A stretch of DNA of 64,000 bases, from the NCBI GenBank assembly GCA_016861045.1, contig BOKP01000001.1, positions 187,529 through 251,528 of the forward strand, given 5' to 3'. A program made the position numbers and the translations under genes. The stretch's first letter is position 1. Every line of letters starts with the position of its first letter. Positions 46,636 to 58,744 of this stretch are shown piece after piece. Below the pieces are notes generated by a model. It was not told the DNA's origin. It saw only the letters and a program-made list of their open reading frames with translations, and ran no database searches. The stretch comes from Actinomycetes bacterium. Its GTDB lineage: Bacteria; Actinomycetota; Thermoleophilia; Solirubrobacterales; 70-9.

Positions 46636-47553
46636 GTGCGCGAGGTCGTCCTGCCCGAGCTCGGTCGCGCCGGGGGGCGGGCCCACGCCGGCGCCGGCGC
46701 CGGCGGCGACGTCACCTTCGCGATCGACGAGCGGGCCGAGGCGCGGATGGAGGAGCACCTGGCCGAGCACGCGCCCGACGTCGCCTTCTACTCCGAGGAC
46801 CGCGGCCTCGTGATCCCCGCCGGCGAGCCGCGCTGGGTGCTCGTCGTCGACCCGATCGACGGTACGCGGCCGGCGATGGCGGGGCTCGAGTCGGCGTGCG
46901 TGTCGGTCGCGGCGGCGCCGCTCGACGGGGAGCCGGCCATGGCCGACGTCGAGGTCGGGTGCGTGGTCGAGATCAAGACCGGATCGCGGTTCGTCGCCGT
47001 TCGCGGCGCCGGAGTCGAGCCCCGGCCGCGGCTCTCCGGCCAGTCCAGCGTCGAGCGGATGCTCTGGACCTACGGCTTCCGCGGCCGGCCGGCGGTCGCG
47101 ACCGCGATCGTGCTCGAGGAGCTGATCGACGGCTCCTCGGTCGCCGGCGGGACCTTCGACCTCGGCTCGGCGACCTATGACATGACGAGGATCGTCACCG
47201 GCCAGCTCGACGCCTACGTGGAGCCCGGCCCGCGGATGATCGAGGAGGTCGGCTGGATGCGGGCCGAGTTCGAGCGGATCGGCCGCGGCGCGGTGCTCAA
47301 CAACTCTCCCTACGACCTGGCGGCGGCGGCGCTGATCCTCGACGAGGCTGGGGCGGTCGTCACCGACGCCCGCGGGTCGCCGCTCGGCGGACGGCCGCTG
47401 CTCGGCTCCGGGCACGAGTTCCAGATGTCGTGCGTGTGCGCCGCCAACGCCGAGCTGCACGCGGCGATCGTCGCCGCGCTCGACGCCGGCATCGAGCGGC
47501 TCCGGAAGGCCGGCCCGCCGGCTTCCAGCCCGCTCGCGGACGGTCCGCCCTGA
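46636..47553 (+). CDS. Inositol monophosphatase / FBPase-family phosphatase
   Basis: Metal-binding motifs SEDRG and WVLVVDPIDGT and a C-terminal YDLAAAALIL motif. The start is provisional (GTG 46636; a CTG at 46582 is also in frame). Confidence 0.75.
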   Translation: MREVVLPELGRAGGRAHAGAGAGGDVTFAIDERAEARMEEHLAEHAPDVAFYSEDRGLVIPAGEPRWVLVVDPIDGTRPAMAGLESACVSVAAAPLDGEPAMADVEVGCVVEIKTGSRFVAVRGAGVEPRPRLSGQSSVERMLWTYGFRGRPAVATAIVLEELIDGSSVAGGTFDLGSATYDMTRIVTGQLDAYVEPGPRMIEEVGWMRAEFERIGRGAVLNNSPYDLAAAALILDEAGAVVTDARGSPLGGRPLLGSGHEFQMSCVCAANAELHAAIVAALDAGIERLRKAGPPASSPLADGPP

Positions 47554-47587
47554 TCGCGCGGCGTCGCGCGACGATAGCCTCCCGGCC

Positions 47588-49063
47588 GTGACGAGCGATC
47601 AGCCCACCGACCAAGCGCCGCCGCTGATCATCGTCTCCAACCGCGGTCCGGCACAGTTCGACCGCGACGCCGACGGCAACCGGGTGATCAGCCGCGGCGG
47701 CGGCGGCCTGGTGACGGCGCTGACCGGCCTCGCCACCCACCGCCGGGTGCTCTGGGTGGCCTCGGCGATGACCGAGGAGGACGCCGTCGTCGCCCGCGAG
47801 GCGGGCGGGCCGGCCGAGATCGAGCTCGAGGAGGGCTCCTACGAGGTCGAGCTGGTCGCCTCCGCCGCCGCCGCCTACGAGCTCTTCTACAGCGTCATCG
47901 CCAACCCGCTGCTCTGGTTCACCCAGCACTACCTCTGGGACCTCTCGAACGCGCCCGACATCCGCGTCGACGAGAAGGCCGCCTGGCGCGGCGGCTACCG
48001 GGTCGTCAACGACGACATCGCCCGCGCGGTCCTGAAGCGGCTCGAGGGCGAGGAGCGGCCGCTGGTCATGTTCCACGACTACCACCTCTACACGGCCCCC
48101 GCGATCGTCCGCGCCGGGCGCCCGGAGGCCTTCCTGCACCACTTCGTCCACATCCCCTGGCCGCATCCCGACGCCTGGCGGATCCTGCCGCGCGAGTGGC
48201 GCGACGAGATCTTCGACGGGCTGCTCTCGAACGACATCATCGGCTTCCACACCGCCGCCTACGTGCACAACTTCCTCGACTGCTGCCGCGAGCTGGTCGG
48301 CTGCGAGGTTGACTACCGCAACGAGGTCGTCCGCTACGGCGACCGCGAGATCTGGGTCCGGGCCTACCCGCTCGGGATCGACGCCGAGCGGCTGCGTCGG
48401 GTTGCCGCGACCGAGGAGGTCGCCGACTACGAGCGCGAGCTGCTCGCGCGCCGGCGCGAGCACCTGATCATCCGCGTCGATCGCGCCGACCTCTCCAAGA
48501 ACGTCCTGCGCGGGTTCACCGCCTTCGACCAGTTCCTCGCCGACCACCCGGAGTTCCACGAGCGGGTCACCTTCATCGCCCACCTGCAGCCGTCGCGCCA
48601 GGACGTCCCCGAGTACCAGGAGTACCTGGAGCGGATCGAGGCCCTGGTCGCGGTCGTCAACCACCGTCACGGGACGACCGACTGGATGCCGATCGACCTG
48701 CGGATCTACGAGAACTTCCACGAGGCGGTCGCCCGCTACAAGCACTTCGACCTCCTGATGGTCAACTCGCTGTTCGACGGCATGAACCTGGTCGCCAAGG
48801 AGGCGCCGGCCGTCAACACCCGCGACGGCGTCCTGATGCTGTCGGAGAACACGGGCGCCCACGAGGAGCTCGGGTCCTGCGCGCTCAGCGTCAACCCGTT
48901 CGACATCGAGGAGCAGGCAGAGGCGATCCACCGCGCCCTCAGCATGGACTTCATCGAGCGCCGCCGCCGGGCCGACAGGCTGCGCGAGATCGTCGACGCG
49001 CGCGACCCCGGCGGCTGGGTCGACGACCAGCTCGCCGACATCCGCGCCAAGCGCGACGGCTGA
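47588..49063 (+). CDS. otsA: Alpha,alpha-trehalose-phosphate synthase (GT20)
   Basis: LIIVSNRGP, GGLVTAL, HDYHL, and the C-terminal NLVAKE and DGMNLV motifs. Confidence 0.9.
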   Translation: MTSDQPTDQAPPLIIVSNRGPAQFDRDADGNRVISRGGGGLVTALTGLATHRRVLWVASAMTEEDAVVAREAGGPAEIELEEGSYEVELVASAAAAYELFYSVIANPLLWFTQHYLWDLSNAPDIRVDEKAAWRGGYRVVNDDIARAVLKRLEGEERPLVMFHDYHLYTAPAIVRAGRPEAFLHHFVHIPWPHPDAWRILPREWRDEIFDGLLSNDIIGFHTAAYVHNFLDCCRELVGCEVDYRNEVVRYGDREIWVRAYPLGIDAERLRRVAATEEVADYERELLARRREHLIIRVDRADLSKNVLRGFTAFDQFLADHPEFHERVTFIAHLQPSRQDVPEYQEYLERIEALVAVVNHRHGTTDWMPIDLRIYENFHEAVARYKHFDLLMVNSLFDGMNLVAKEAPAVNTRDGVLMLSENTGAHEELGSCALSVNPFDIEEQAEAIHRALSMDFIERRRRADRLREIVDARDPGGWVDDQLADIRAKRDG

Positions 49064-49170
49064 TCCCGCCACACCAAGCGCGACGGCTCGTCGCCTCGGT
49101 CCCTCGCCGCCCGGGCAGGCGCGCCGCCCGGGCGCCGAGCAGGCGGGAGGCAACCCCCGCCGAGCACCTC

Positions 49171-49224
49171 GGGGTGGGGCATTCTCAGGCCGCATACGGT
49201 GCTCGGAATGCCCCACCCCCGGGG
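49171..49224. repeat. Palindromic interspersed element, copy C
   Basis: GGGGTGGGGCATTCTCAGGCCGCATACGGTGCTCGGAATGCCCCACCCCCGGGG. It has the same core GCCGCATACGGTGCT and arms GGGGCATTC / GAATGCCCC as copies A and B at 12.8 kb. Confidence 0.85.
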
Positions 49225-49764
49225 TCAGGGGCCGAACTGGCGGATGCCGGGCGGCGGTCCGGGCGGCGGCTCCGCAGGTGCGCCCGGCGGCGGCGGAGGC
49301 GCGACGGGCGCCGGCGGGGGGGCGACCGGCGCGGCGGCCGGCGGCGGCCCGGCAGGCGGGGGCGGTGACGCGGCGGGTGGGGCCGTTGACGGCGGCTCCG
49401 GCGACCGCACCGTGCTCTTGCGGCCCTCGGGGTCGTCCCGCCGCTCGCGCCGGCCGCTTGCCGCCGGCCGCCCGTCACCCCCCGCCGCCGCCTCGGGGGC
49501 GCCGCCGGCGGCCCGGCGCCGGCGGTCGTGGGCTCGCCGGTGCCCGGCCCGAGCAGGAGTTCCCAACGATCCTCCCGCGCCGACCCGTCCCCGCGCGGCG
49601 GGCGTCGTCAGGGGCGACCCCCCGGCCAGGCCGGCGAGCCCGATGTCGGGATCGAGCGGGGGCGGTTCGGGGGCCCGCAGCAGCGACGGCAGGAGCGCCA
49701 GCACGAGGACGGCGGCGGCCACCGTCGCGAGCGCCCGCGCGGCCTGCCGCCAACTCACGCTCAT
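49225..49764 (-). CDS. Hypothetical membrane-anchored Pro-rich protein
   Basis: Internal ATG at 49764 (MSVSWRQAARALATVAAAVLVLALL). G/C third-position bias is consistent with coding. The rest is low-complexity Pro/Ala-rich sequence, so confidence is low. Confidence 0.35.
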   Translation of the reverse strand: MSVSWRQAARALATVAAAVLVLALLPSLLRAPEPPPLDPDIGLAGLAGGSPLTTPAARGRVGAGGSLGTPARAGHRRAHDRRRRAAGGAPEAAAGGDGRPAASGRRERRDDPEGRKSTVRSPEPPSTAPPAASPPPPAGPPPAAAPVAPPPAPVAPPPPPGAPAEPPPGPPPGIRQFGP

Positions 49765-49907
49765 GCCGGCCATGCCCCGCCAATCCCGCCCGCCGGGCCA
49801 CCGCCCCCGGCTCCCATGCCACATGGCGGGCCGGGGAGATCCCGGCGAGCGGGGTGACCCGTGCTCCGGGGCGGACGGCCGCCGATCGGGATCGACGCCC
49901 GCGGCCC

Positions 49908-50690
49908 TCAGACGGAGGTCACGAGCCGGTCGGCGATCCGCCGCGCGGCGGCGGGCTCGTGGGTCGGGGCGACGACGGTCGGCGCCTCGGCGCAGAGCCC
50001 GCGCAGCCGGTCGATGCTCGCCCGCGAGCGGTCCGGGGCAACCGCGACCCCGTCGATCGTCCGGCTGAGCAGGGCGGCCTCGCTGTAGACGGCATCTCCC
50101 GTGATCAGGATCCGTGGGCCCTCCGGCGGCGTCACCAGCACGGACTGGTGCCCGGCGGTGTGCCCCGGTGTCGCGATCAGCCTGATCGTGCCGTCGCCGT
50201 AGAGATCGTGGTCTCCCTCGACCGTCTCGGGATCATGGATGCCCGGTCGCATGTAACCGCGCAGACGCGCTCCCCGCGCCGTCCCCGCCCTCCATTCGTC
50301 GGCGTTAAGCACGACCGTCGCGCCCGGCAGCGGGCCGGTCCCGACGTGGTCGACGTGCAGATGGGTGAACACGTGGTAGCGGACGGCTCCGGCATCCAGC
50401 CCCGCATTCCGCAGGCGGGTGGCCTGGCGGTCTCCCTCGCCGACGTCGAAGCGAACGGCGTGCCGCAGGTAGACGTCCCAGAGCGGCTTCACGAGGTCGG
50501 GGTCCTGGCCCGCGTCGACCACCACCACGCCCTCCGGGTGCTCGATCGCAAAGCTCCAGACGGAGAGCCAGTCGGTCCACCGCCGGTCGAGGAGCGTCGC
50601 CGGCAGGCGCAGCCGGTCCCGCGGGTGCGGATCGACTTGGCGTCGGTGGATCTGAACACGGCCCGTGTCGAGAACGTGCAGCGCGATCAC
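49908..50690 (-). CDS. MBL-fold metallo-hydrolase
   Basis: HLHVDHVG (the HxHxDH motif), ATPGHTAGH, and D/H ligands further downstream. 260 aa. Confidence 0.8.
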   Translation of the reverse strand: MIALHVLDTGRVQIHRRQVDPHPRDRLRLPATLLDRRWTDWLSVWSFAIEHPEGVVVVDAGQDPDLVKPLWDVYLRHAVRFDVGEGDRQATRLRNAGLDAGAVRYHVFTHLHVDHVGTGPLPGATVVLNADEWRAGTARGARLRGYMRPGIHDPETVEGDHDLYGDGTIRLIATPGHTAGHQSVLVTPPEGPRILITGDAVYSEAALLSRTIDGVAVAPDRSRASIDRLRGLCAEAPTVVAPTHEPAAARRIADRLVTSV

Positions 50691-50756
50691 GAGCGGAGCT
50701 TCTCACAAGGCGCCCGGGGCGGCTCGAGCCCGGTGAAGAGAGCGGCCGCGTCCCGC

Positions 50757-50762
50757 TATAGT
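50757..50762 (+). promoter_or_regulatory. -10 hexamer candidate TATAGT upstream of rpsF
   Basis: A rare AT-rich hexamer fitting TANNNT, 12 nt upstream of the rpsF GTG. This would give a very short leader or a leaderless transcript. Confidence 0.3.
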
Positions 50763-50774
50763 CCTGCGCCGCCC

Positions 50775-51230
50775 GTGCCCGGCTCCACCTACGAGATGGT
50801 CTTGATGCTCGATCCCGAGAGCGGCGACGACCGGCGCGCCGAGATCGCGGCCGAGGTGAAGTCGAAGCTGGAGGCCGGCGGCGAGATCGCGCACGAGGCT
50901 GACTGGGGCCTGCGCAAGATGGCCTACGAGATCGAGAAGCGGGAGTCGGCCGACTACCGCTTCTTCAAGTTCAGCGGCGACAAGGCGCTGCTCGACGACC
51001 TCGACCACTCGCTGAAGATCACCGACGGCGTGCTCCGGTTCCGGATCTTCCGAGCCGAGCCCGACTCCCCGGTCATGGTGCCGCCCGATACCGAGCAGAT
51101 CATGCGTCGCGACGAGGACGACCGCGAGCGCGGCGGTCGCGGCCGCGGGCCCCGACGCCGCTACGACGATGACTCGGGGAGCGATCGCGGGTCCTCCGAG
51201 TCGGGCCGGGCCGGCGCCCGCACCGAGTAG
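50775..51230 (+). CDS. rpsF: 30S ribosomal protein S6 with an acidic/basic C-terminal tail
   Basis: GTG at 50775. YEMVLMLDP...WGLRKMAYEI...YRFFKF is the canonical S6 pattern. Confidence 0.9.
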   Translation: MPGSTYEMVLMLDPESGDDRRAEIAAEVKSKLEAGGEIAHEADWGLRKMAYEIEKRESADYRFFKFSGDKALLDDLDHSLKITDGVLRFRIFRAEPDSPVMVPPDTEQIMRRDEDDRERGGRGRGPRRRYDDDSGSDRGSSESGRAGARTE

Positions 51231-51342
51231 CGGACCTCTTTCCCCGCTGGTTCCGGCTTCGTTGCCGCCGGGGCGGATTTCCCGACCCCGGGGTTGCCTA
51301 GACTCGGAAGTGACTTCGAAGAGCATCGAGGAGGAGCCGAAA

Positions 51343-51816
51343 GTGGCCAACATCAACCGGGTGATCATCACCGGCAACCTGACCAGGGACCCGGAGCTGC
51401 GGGCGCTGCCGAGCGGCACCGAGGTCTGCCAGCTCGGCGTCGCCGTCAACGGCCGTCGCAAGAACCAGCAGACCGGCCAGTGGGAGGAGGAGCCGAACTT
51501 CTTCGACGTGACGGTCTTCGGCGCCCAGGGGCAGAACTGCGCCCAGTACCTCTCGAAGGGACGTCCGGTCGCCATCGACGGGCGCCTGCGCTGGAGCTCG
51601 TGGGAGGACAAGAACGGCGGCGGCCGGCGCTCGAAGGTCGACATCGTCGCCCAGACCGTGCAGTTCCTCGGCGGCCGCGGCGAGGGCGGCGGCCAGGCCC
51701 CGCAGCCCGAGCAGGGCTTCGCGGCCGAGTCGGACGTGCCCGCCGACACGTCCGACTTCGCCGAGCCGGTCGGAGCGCCGGCCGGCGGCGGTGGCGACGA
51801 CGACATCCCGTTCTGA
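51343..51816 (+). CDS. ssb: Single-stranded DNA-binding protein
   Basis: GTG at 51343 preceded by GAGGAGG. The OB fold runs NRVIITGNLTRDPELR...FFDVTVFG. A Gly-rich linker follows, ending in the acidic tip DDDIPF. Confidence 0.9.
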   Translation: MANINRVIITGNLTRDPELRALPSGTEVCQLGVAVNGRRKNQQTGQWEEEPNFFDVTVFGAQGQNCAQYLSKGRPVAIDGRLRWSSWEDKNGGGRRSKVDIVAQTVQFLGGRGEGGGQAPQPEQGFAAESDVPADTSDFAEPVGAPAGGGGDDDIPF

Positions 51817-51971
51817 CCGGCTAGCGCCGACCCCGCCGCGATGCCCGCGCCGGCAGGGTGCGCCCGGCGGCGGATGGCGGGTGCGCCCGGCGACGCGCCC
51901 ACCGGGCCGGCCCCCTATCATCCGGCGCCGCCCGTGAAGCATCCCGCATCCGAGAGCAGGCCCGCGCGCTG

Positions 51972-52223
51972 ATGGCCGCCGCAGCACCGCCGCGACGCGG
52001 CCGGCGCGGCGCCGACCGCAACCGCCCCCGCAAGTACACGCGGATCCCGGTCGAGACGATCGACTACAAGGACCTGGCGCTGATCCGCCGCTTCATCTCC
52101 GATCGCGGCAAGATCCGCTCGCGGCGGGTGACCGGGCTCTCGCGCCGCCACCAGCAGCAGCTCGCGCTGGCGGTCAAGCGCGCCCGCGAGGTCGCGCTCC
52201 TGCCCTACGTCGGCGACCGGTGA
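51972..52223 (+). CDS. rpsR: 30S ribosomal protein S18
   Basis: [27 protein letters not shown]...[19 protein letters not shown]. Confidence 0.9.
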   Translation: MAAAAPPRRGRRGADRNRPRKYTRIPVETIDYKDLALIRRFISDRGKIRSRRVTGLSRRHQQQLALAVKRAREVALLPYVGDR

Positions 52224-52236
52224 GCCGGGGCTGACG

Positions 52237-52689
52237 GTGGCGCAGGCGATCCTGCTCAAGGAGGTCGAGGGGCTCGGCGAGGCCGGCGAGGCGATCGAGG
52301 TCGCGCCCGGCTACCTGCGCAACTACCTGGTTCCGCGGAAGCTCGCGCAGCCGGCGACGAAGGGCGCCCTCGAGGAGGCCCAGCGGCGCCGCGAGGCCGC
52401 CGAGAAGGCGGCCCGCGAGGCGCTCGAGCGGGCCGGCGAGACGGCGGCGCTGCTGTCGAAGACGGTGCTCACGATCAGCCACCGCGCCGGCGAGGACGGG
52501 CGCCTGTTCGGCTCCGTGACCTCGAAGGAGATCGCCCAGGCGATCCAGGAGGCGCGCGGGCTGAAGATCGACCGCAAGCGGATCAAGCTCGACGAGGGCA
52601 TCCGCGAGATCGGCACCTACATGGTCGAGATCGAGGTGCCCGGGGGCGCCACGGCCTCGGTCAAGACGATCGTCGCCGAGCAGCGCTAG
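52237..52689 (+). CDS. rplI: 50S ribosomal protein L9
   Basis: ILLKEVEGLGEAGEAIEVAPGYLRNYLVPRKLA is the canonical L9 N-terminus. 150 aa. Confidence 0.9.
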   Translation: MAQAILLKEVEGLGEAGEAIEVAPGYLRNYLVPRKLAQPATKGALEEAQRRREAAEKAAREALERAGETAALLSKTVLTISHRAGEDGRLFGSVTSKEIAQAIQEARGLKIDRKRIKLDEGIREIGTYMVEIEVPGGATASVKTIVAEQR

Positions 52690-52872
52690 CCGACGGGTCC
52701 GAAAGGGACCGCGCGGCCGGCGAAGGGCGCCACCTTCCCTGCCCCGCAGCCGTCCGTGGGTGACGGCTTGCCGGCGGTTCGTGCCAGATCCCGCACGGCA
52801 TCGGCTCTTTTCCGTAAATAGGCCCTTCAGCACCCGCGTCACGCCGCCGCGTGTGCTTTCTTCGACGGACCG

Positions 52873-55187
52873 ATGGAAGCGAGCGGAAACGGACTGATCG
52901 GAGGGGATCCGGAGGCGGGCGCCGCGCCGCTCCTGCAGCCGCACAACCTCGACGCCGAGCAGTCGGTGCTCGGGGCGATGATGGTCTCGCTGGCGGCTCT
53001 CGACCCGGTCCTCGGCGAGGCGCGGCTGCGCGGCGAGGACTTCTACCGCGGCCGCCACGCGACGATCTACGCGGCGATCCAGGAGCTCTACGAGCGCAAC
53101 GAGCCGGTCGACGCGCTGACCGTCGCCGAGCACCTGCGCGCGCTCGGCAAGCTCGAGGAGGTCGGCGGCCAGGACGTGATCAACTCGCTGGCGGCGACGA
53201 CGCCGGTGCCGGGCAACGCCGGCCACTACGCGCAGATCGTCAAGCAGAACTCGATGCTGCGGCGGCTGCTCGGCGCCGCGCAGCGGATCCAGCAGTCGGT
53301 GCAGGCGCGCGAAGGCGAGCCCCAGGACCTCGTCGAGCAGGCCGAGGTCCTGCTCTTCAACGTCGCCCGGGCCGAGCAGGCGGGCGACTTCAGCTCGCTC
53401 GAGGCGATCCTCGACGTCGAGCTCAGCAAGCTCGACAAGCTGGCGAGCGGCGACGCGCAGATGACCGGGACGCCGTCGGGGTTCAAGAAGCTCGACGAGA
53501 TCACCGGCGGCTTTCAGCCCGGCAACCTCGTCGTCCTCGCCGCCCGTCCGGCGATGGGCAAGTCGAGCCTCGTCTGCAACATCGCCGAGAACGTCGCCTG
53601 GAAGGCGAAGCGCCCGGTCGCCTTCTTCTCGCTGGAGATGTCGGAGACCGAGCTCGCCCACCGGTTCATCGCCTCGCGGGCGCGGATCCCGTCCGACCGG
53701 CTCCGCAAGGGCAACATCCAGAAGGACTGGAACAAGGTCCTGAAGGCCGCCAACGAGCTCGCCGACGCACCGCTGTTCATCGACGACTCATCCGACCTGA
53801 GCCTGCTCGACCTGCGCGCCAAGTGCCGCCGACTGCACTCCCAGCAGGGCGGCCTCGGCCTCGTCATCGTCGACTACATCCAGCTGATGCGCAGCGAGGA
53901 CCCGCGGGCCGGCCGGGTCGAGCAGGTCGGCCAGATGAGCCGCGGCCTGAAGATCCTCGCCCGCGAGCTCGAGGTCCCGGTGATCGGCATCTCGCAGCTC
54001 TCCCGCGCTCCCGAGCAGCGCCCGGATAAGCGGCCGATCCTGAGCGACCTTCGTGAGTCGGGCTGTCTCGCCGGCGAGACCCGTGTATTCCTCCCCGATA
54101 GCGGCGGCTGGACGACGATGCGGGAGCTGGCTGCCCTGGCGGACCCGGCCGTTGTCCGGGTCCTCGCACTCGACGAGGAGCGGATGAAGCTCGTGCCGCG
54201 ACGGCTGACGAATGCGTTCTCGACCGGCGTCAAGCCGCTCTACAAGCTGCGGACGAAGCTGGGCCGGACGATCCGCGCCACCGGCAATCACCGGTTTCGC
54301 ACGACTGGCGGCTGGCACCGGCTGGACGAGCTCGAGGTCGGCGATTCGCTGGCGCTGCCCCGGGAGCTTCCGACTGCGCCTGGCGAGGCGACGATGCGGG
54401 GCGATGAGCTGGCGCGCCTCGGTCAGCTGCTGAGACAGGGGATCAACTCAACGGTCCGGCGGGCGGCCACCCACAAGAAGGGTCAGTGGCATGTCGATGT
54501 GAGTGGCGCCGCGGAGACGATCAGGCTCCTGCAGTTCGTCGGGGCGAGCGGAGCAGCGAAGCGTGGTCCCGCCAACGCGATCATCGAGCATCTACGCGAG
54601 AACGCAGTCGCCAACACGAATCGCGACGTGATTCCGAGGTCCGCGTGGACGACCGTGGTGAAGCCGGCGATGGCTGCCGCCGGGGTGAGCGCCCGGGAGA
54701 TGCAGGCACGAATCGGCACCGCGTATTGCGGCTCGACGCTCTACCGGGCGAACCTCGGCCGGGGCCGGGGCCGGGGCAGGAGCCGGGGCCGGGCCGCCGC
54801 CGTCGCCGAAGCAGTCGAATCGCCGGTGCTTGCACGGCTCGCCGAAAGTGACCTCTACTGGGATCCGGTCGTCGCGATCGAGCCCGACGGGGCCGAGGAG
54901 GTCTTCGACCTGACCGTAGAGGGTCTCCACAACTTCGTCGCCGACGACATCGTCGTCCACAACTCGATCGAGCAGGACGCCGACATCGTGTCCTTCATCT
55001 ATCGGGACGAGTACTACAACGAGGAGACCGAGCGGCTCGGGGAGGCCGACCTGATCATCGCCAAGCACCGCAACGGCCCGATCGGGACCGTGGCGCTCGC
55101 GTTCCAGGAGCAGTTCCCGAAGTTCGTGAACCTGGCGAGCTCGCAGGCCTACGCGGGCGAGCCCGAGGCGGAGCCCGGTGAGGCTGC

Positions 55188-55191
<4 letters not shown>
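52873..55191 (+). CDS. dnaB: Replicative DNA helicase DnaB, intein-containing precursor
   Basis: N-terminal PHNLDAEQSVLGAMM, Walker A ARPAMGKSS, Walker B LVIVDYIQLM. RESG|SIEQDADIV is split by a 300-codon insert. C-terminal IIAKHRNGPIGTV. Confidence 0.95.
54064..54963 (+). mobile_element. DnaB intein (class 1, 300 aa, degenerate endonuclease region)
   Basis: It starts at Cys (CLAGETRVFL), has block B IRATGNHRF, and ends EVFDLTVEGLHNFVADDIVVHN followed by Ser+1. It interrupts the conserved RESG-SIEQDAD motif in frame. Confidence 0.9.
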
Positions 55192-57665
<2,474 letters not shown>

Positions 57666-57680
57666 GGGGGCAGCGGCCCG

Positions 57681-58598
57681 ATGGCCGTCGATGCCGACCC
57701 CGGCGCCGCGGCGCCGGCGGATGCGTCCGCGCGCCCGCCCGACCCGGGCAGGCGGCGATGGTGGCAGGCGCTGAGGGGCGCCGTCAGGGCGTTCCGCGAC
57801 GACGACGCGACCGACCGGGCGGCATCGCTGACCTTCTACGGGATCCTCTCGCTGTTCCCCGGCACGATCGCTCTCTTCTCGCTGCTCGGCGTCTTCGGCT
57901 CCTATCCGGAGACGGCCGACGCCCTGCTCAGCATCGTCGGCGACCTCGCGCCCTCCGCCGTCGACGCGCTGACCGAGCCGATCGGGGATGTCACCAGGGC
58001 CGCCGGGACCGCGGGCGCCTTCCTCGGGATCGGCACGCTGGCGGCGATCTGGGCCGCCTCGGGCTACGTCGGCGCCTTCGCCCGCGCCTCCAGCGCGATC
58101 CACGGCGTCGAGGAGGGCCGCCCGCTCTGGAGCATGCGCCTGCGGCAGCTGCTCGTCACGGTCGTCCTGCTCGTGATGGCGGCGCTGGTCGCGATCGGGC
58201 TCGTCGTCAGCGGTTCGCTGGCCGCGGCCGTCGGAGACGCGATCGGAGCCGGAGCGACCGCCGTCCACGCCTGGAGCGTCGCGAAATGGCCGGCCCTGGT
58301 CCTGATCGTCATCGTGATGCTGGCGATCCTCTTCTCCTGGGCGCCCGGCCCCGACGCGAAGGGCTTCCGCTGGATCACGCCCGGCAGCGCCTTCGCGGTG
58401 CTGGTCGTGATCGTCGCCTCGGCCGGCTTCGAGGTCTACGTCGCCAACCTCGGCTCCTACTCGGCGACCTACGGCTCGCTCGGTGGAGTGATCGTCTTCC
58501 TGCTCTGGCTCTGGATCGCCAACTGCGGCCTCCTGCTCGGCCTGGAGCTCGATGCCGAGCTCGACGCGGCCCGGGCCGGTGCGGGGAGGGGCGGGTAG
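57681..58598 (+). CDS. YihY/BrkB (virulence factor BrkB / RNase BN-like) family membrane protein
   Basis: AFRDDDATDRAASLTFYGILSLFPG followed by six TM helices and ...YGSLGGVIVFLLWLWI. Confidence 0.8.
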   Translation: MAVDADPGAAAPADASARPPDPGRRRWWQALRGAVRAFRDDDATDRAASLTFYGILSLFPGTIALFSLLGVFGSYPETADALLSIVGDLAPSAVDALTEPIGDVTRAAGTAGAFLGIGTLAAIWAASGYVGAFARASSAIHGVEEGRPLWSMRLRQLLVTVVLLVMAALVAIGLVVSGSLAAAVGDAIGAGATAVHAWSVAKWPALVLIVIVMLAILFSWAPGPDAKGFRWITPGSAFAVLVVIVASAGFEVYVANLGSYSATYGSLGGVIVFLLWLWIANCGLLLGLELDAELDAARAGAGRGG

Positions 58599-58744
58599 CC
58601 GGACGGCGTCCGGCGGGCGTCGGCCCAAGGGCGTCGGCGCGCGTGGCGGACCGATTCCCGCCGCCAACCGGTCCGGCCTCGCGGCCGACCGGACCGGACG
58701 CGAAGCGGAGGAGCCGCTCGGGGTGAACTATCCTCCCGGCCCGC

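Noticed and set aside
49908-50690. Quorum-quenching N-acyl-homoserine lactonase
   Set aside because: Only the generic MBL HxHxDH signature is visible. Substrate specificity cannot be inferred from the sequence by eye.
51856-51892. 14-nt direct repeat GGGTGCGCCCGGCG x2 (23-nt spacing) between ssb and rpsR as a regulatory site
   Set aside because: It is short and GC-rich and could arise by chance at this base composition. There is no supporting structure or motif.
52696-52710. GGTCC-GAAAG-GGACC hairpin after rplI as a terminator, and the AT-richer patch at 52805-52825 as a dnaB promoter
   Set aside because: The stem is only 5 bp. The AT-rich patch (TTTTCCGTAAATAGG) contains no hexamer fitting TANNNT at a sensible distance. 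I note it but cannot support it.
54760-54795. GRGRGRGRSRGR as an RGG-type RNA-binding motif
   Set aside because: It lies inside the intein, which is removed from mature DnaB. It is encoded by a simple GGCCGG microsatellite, so I interpret it as slippage in a decaying region rather than a functional motif.
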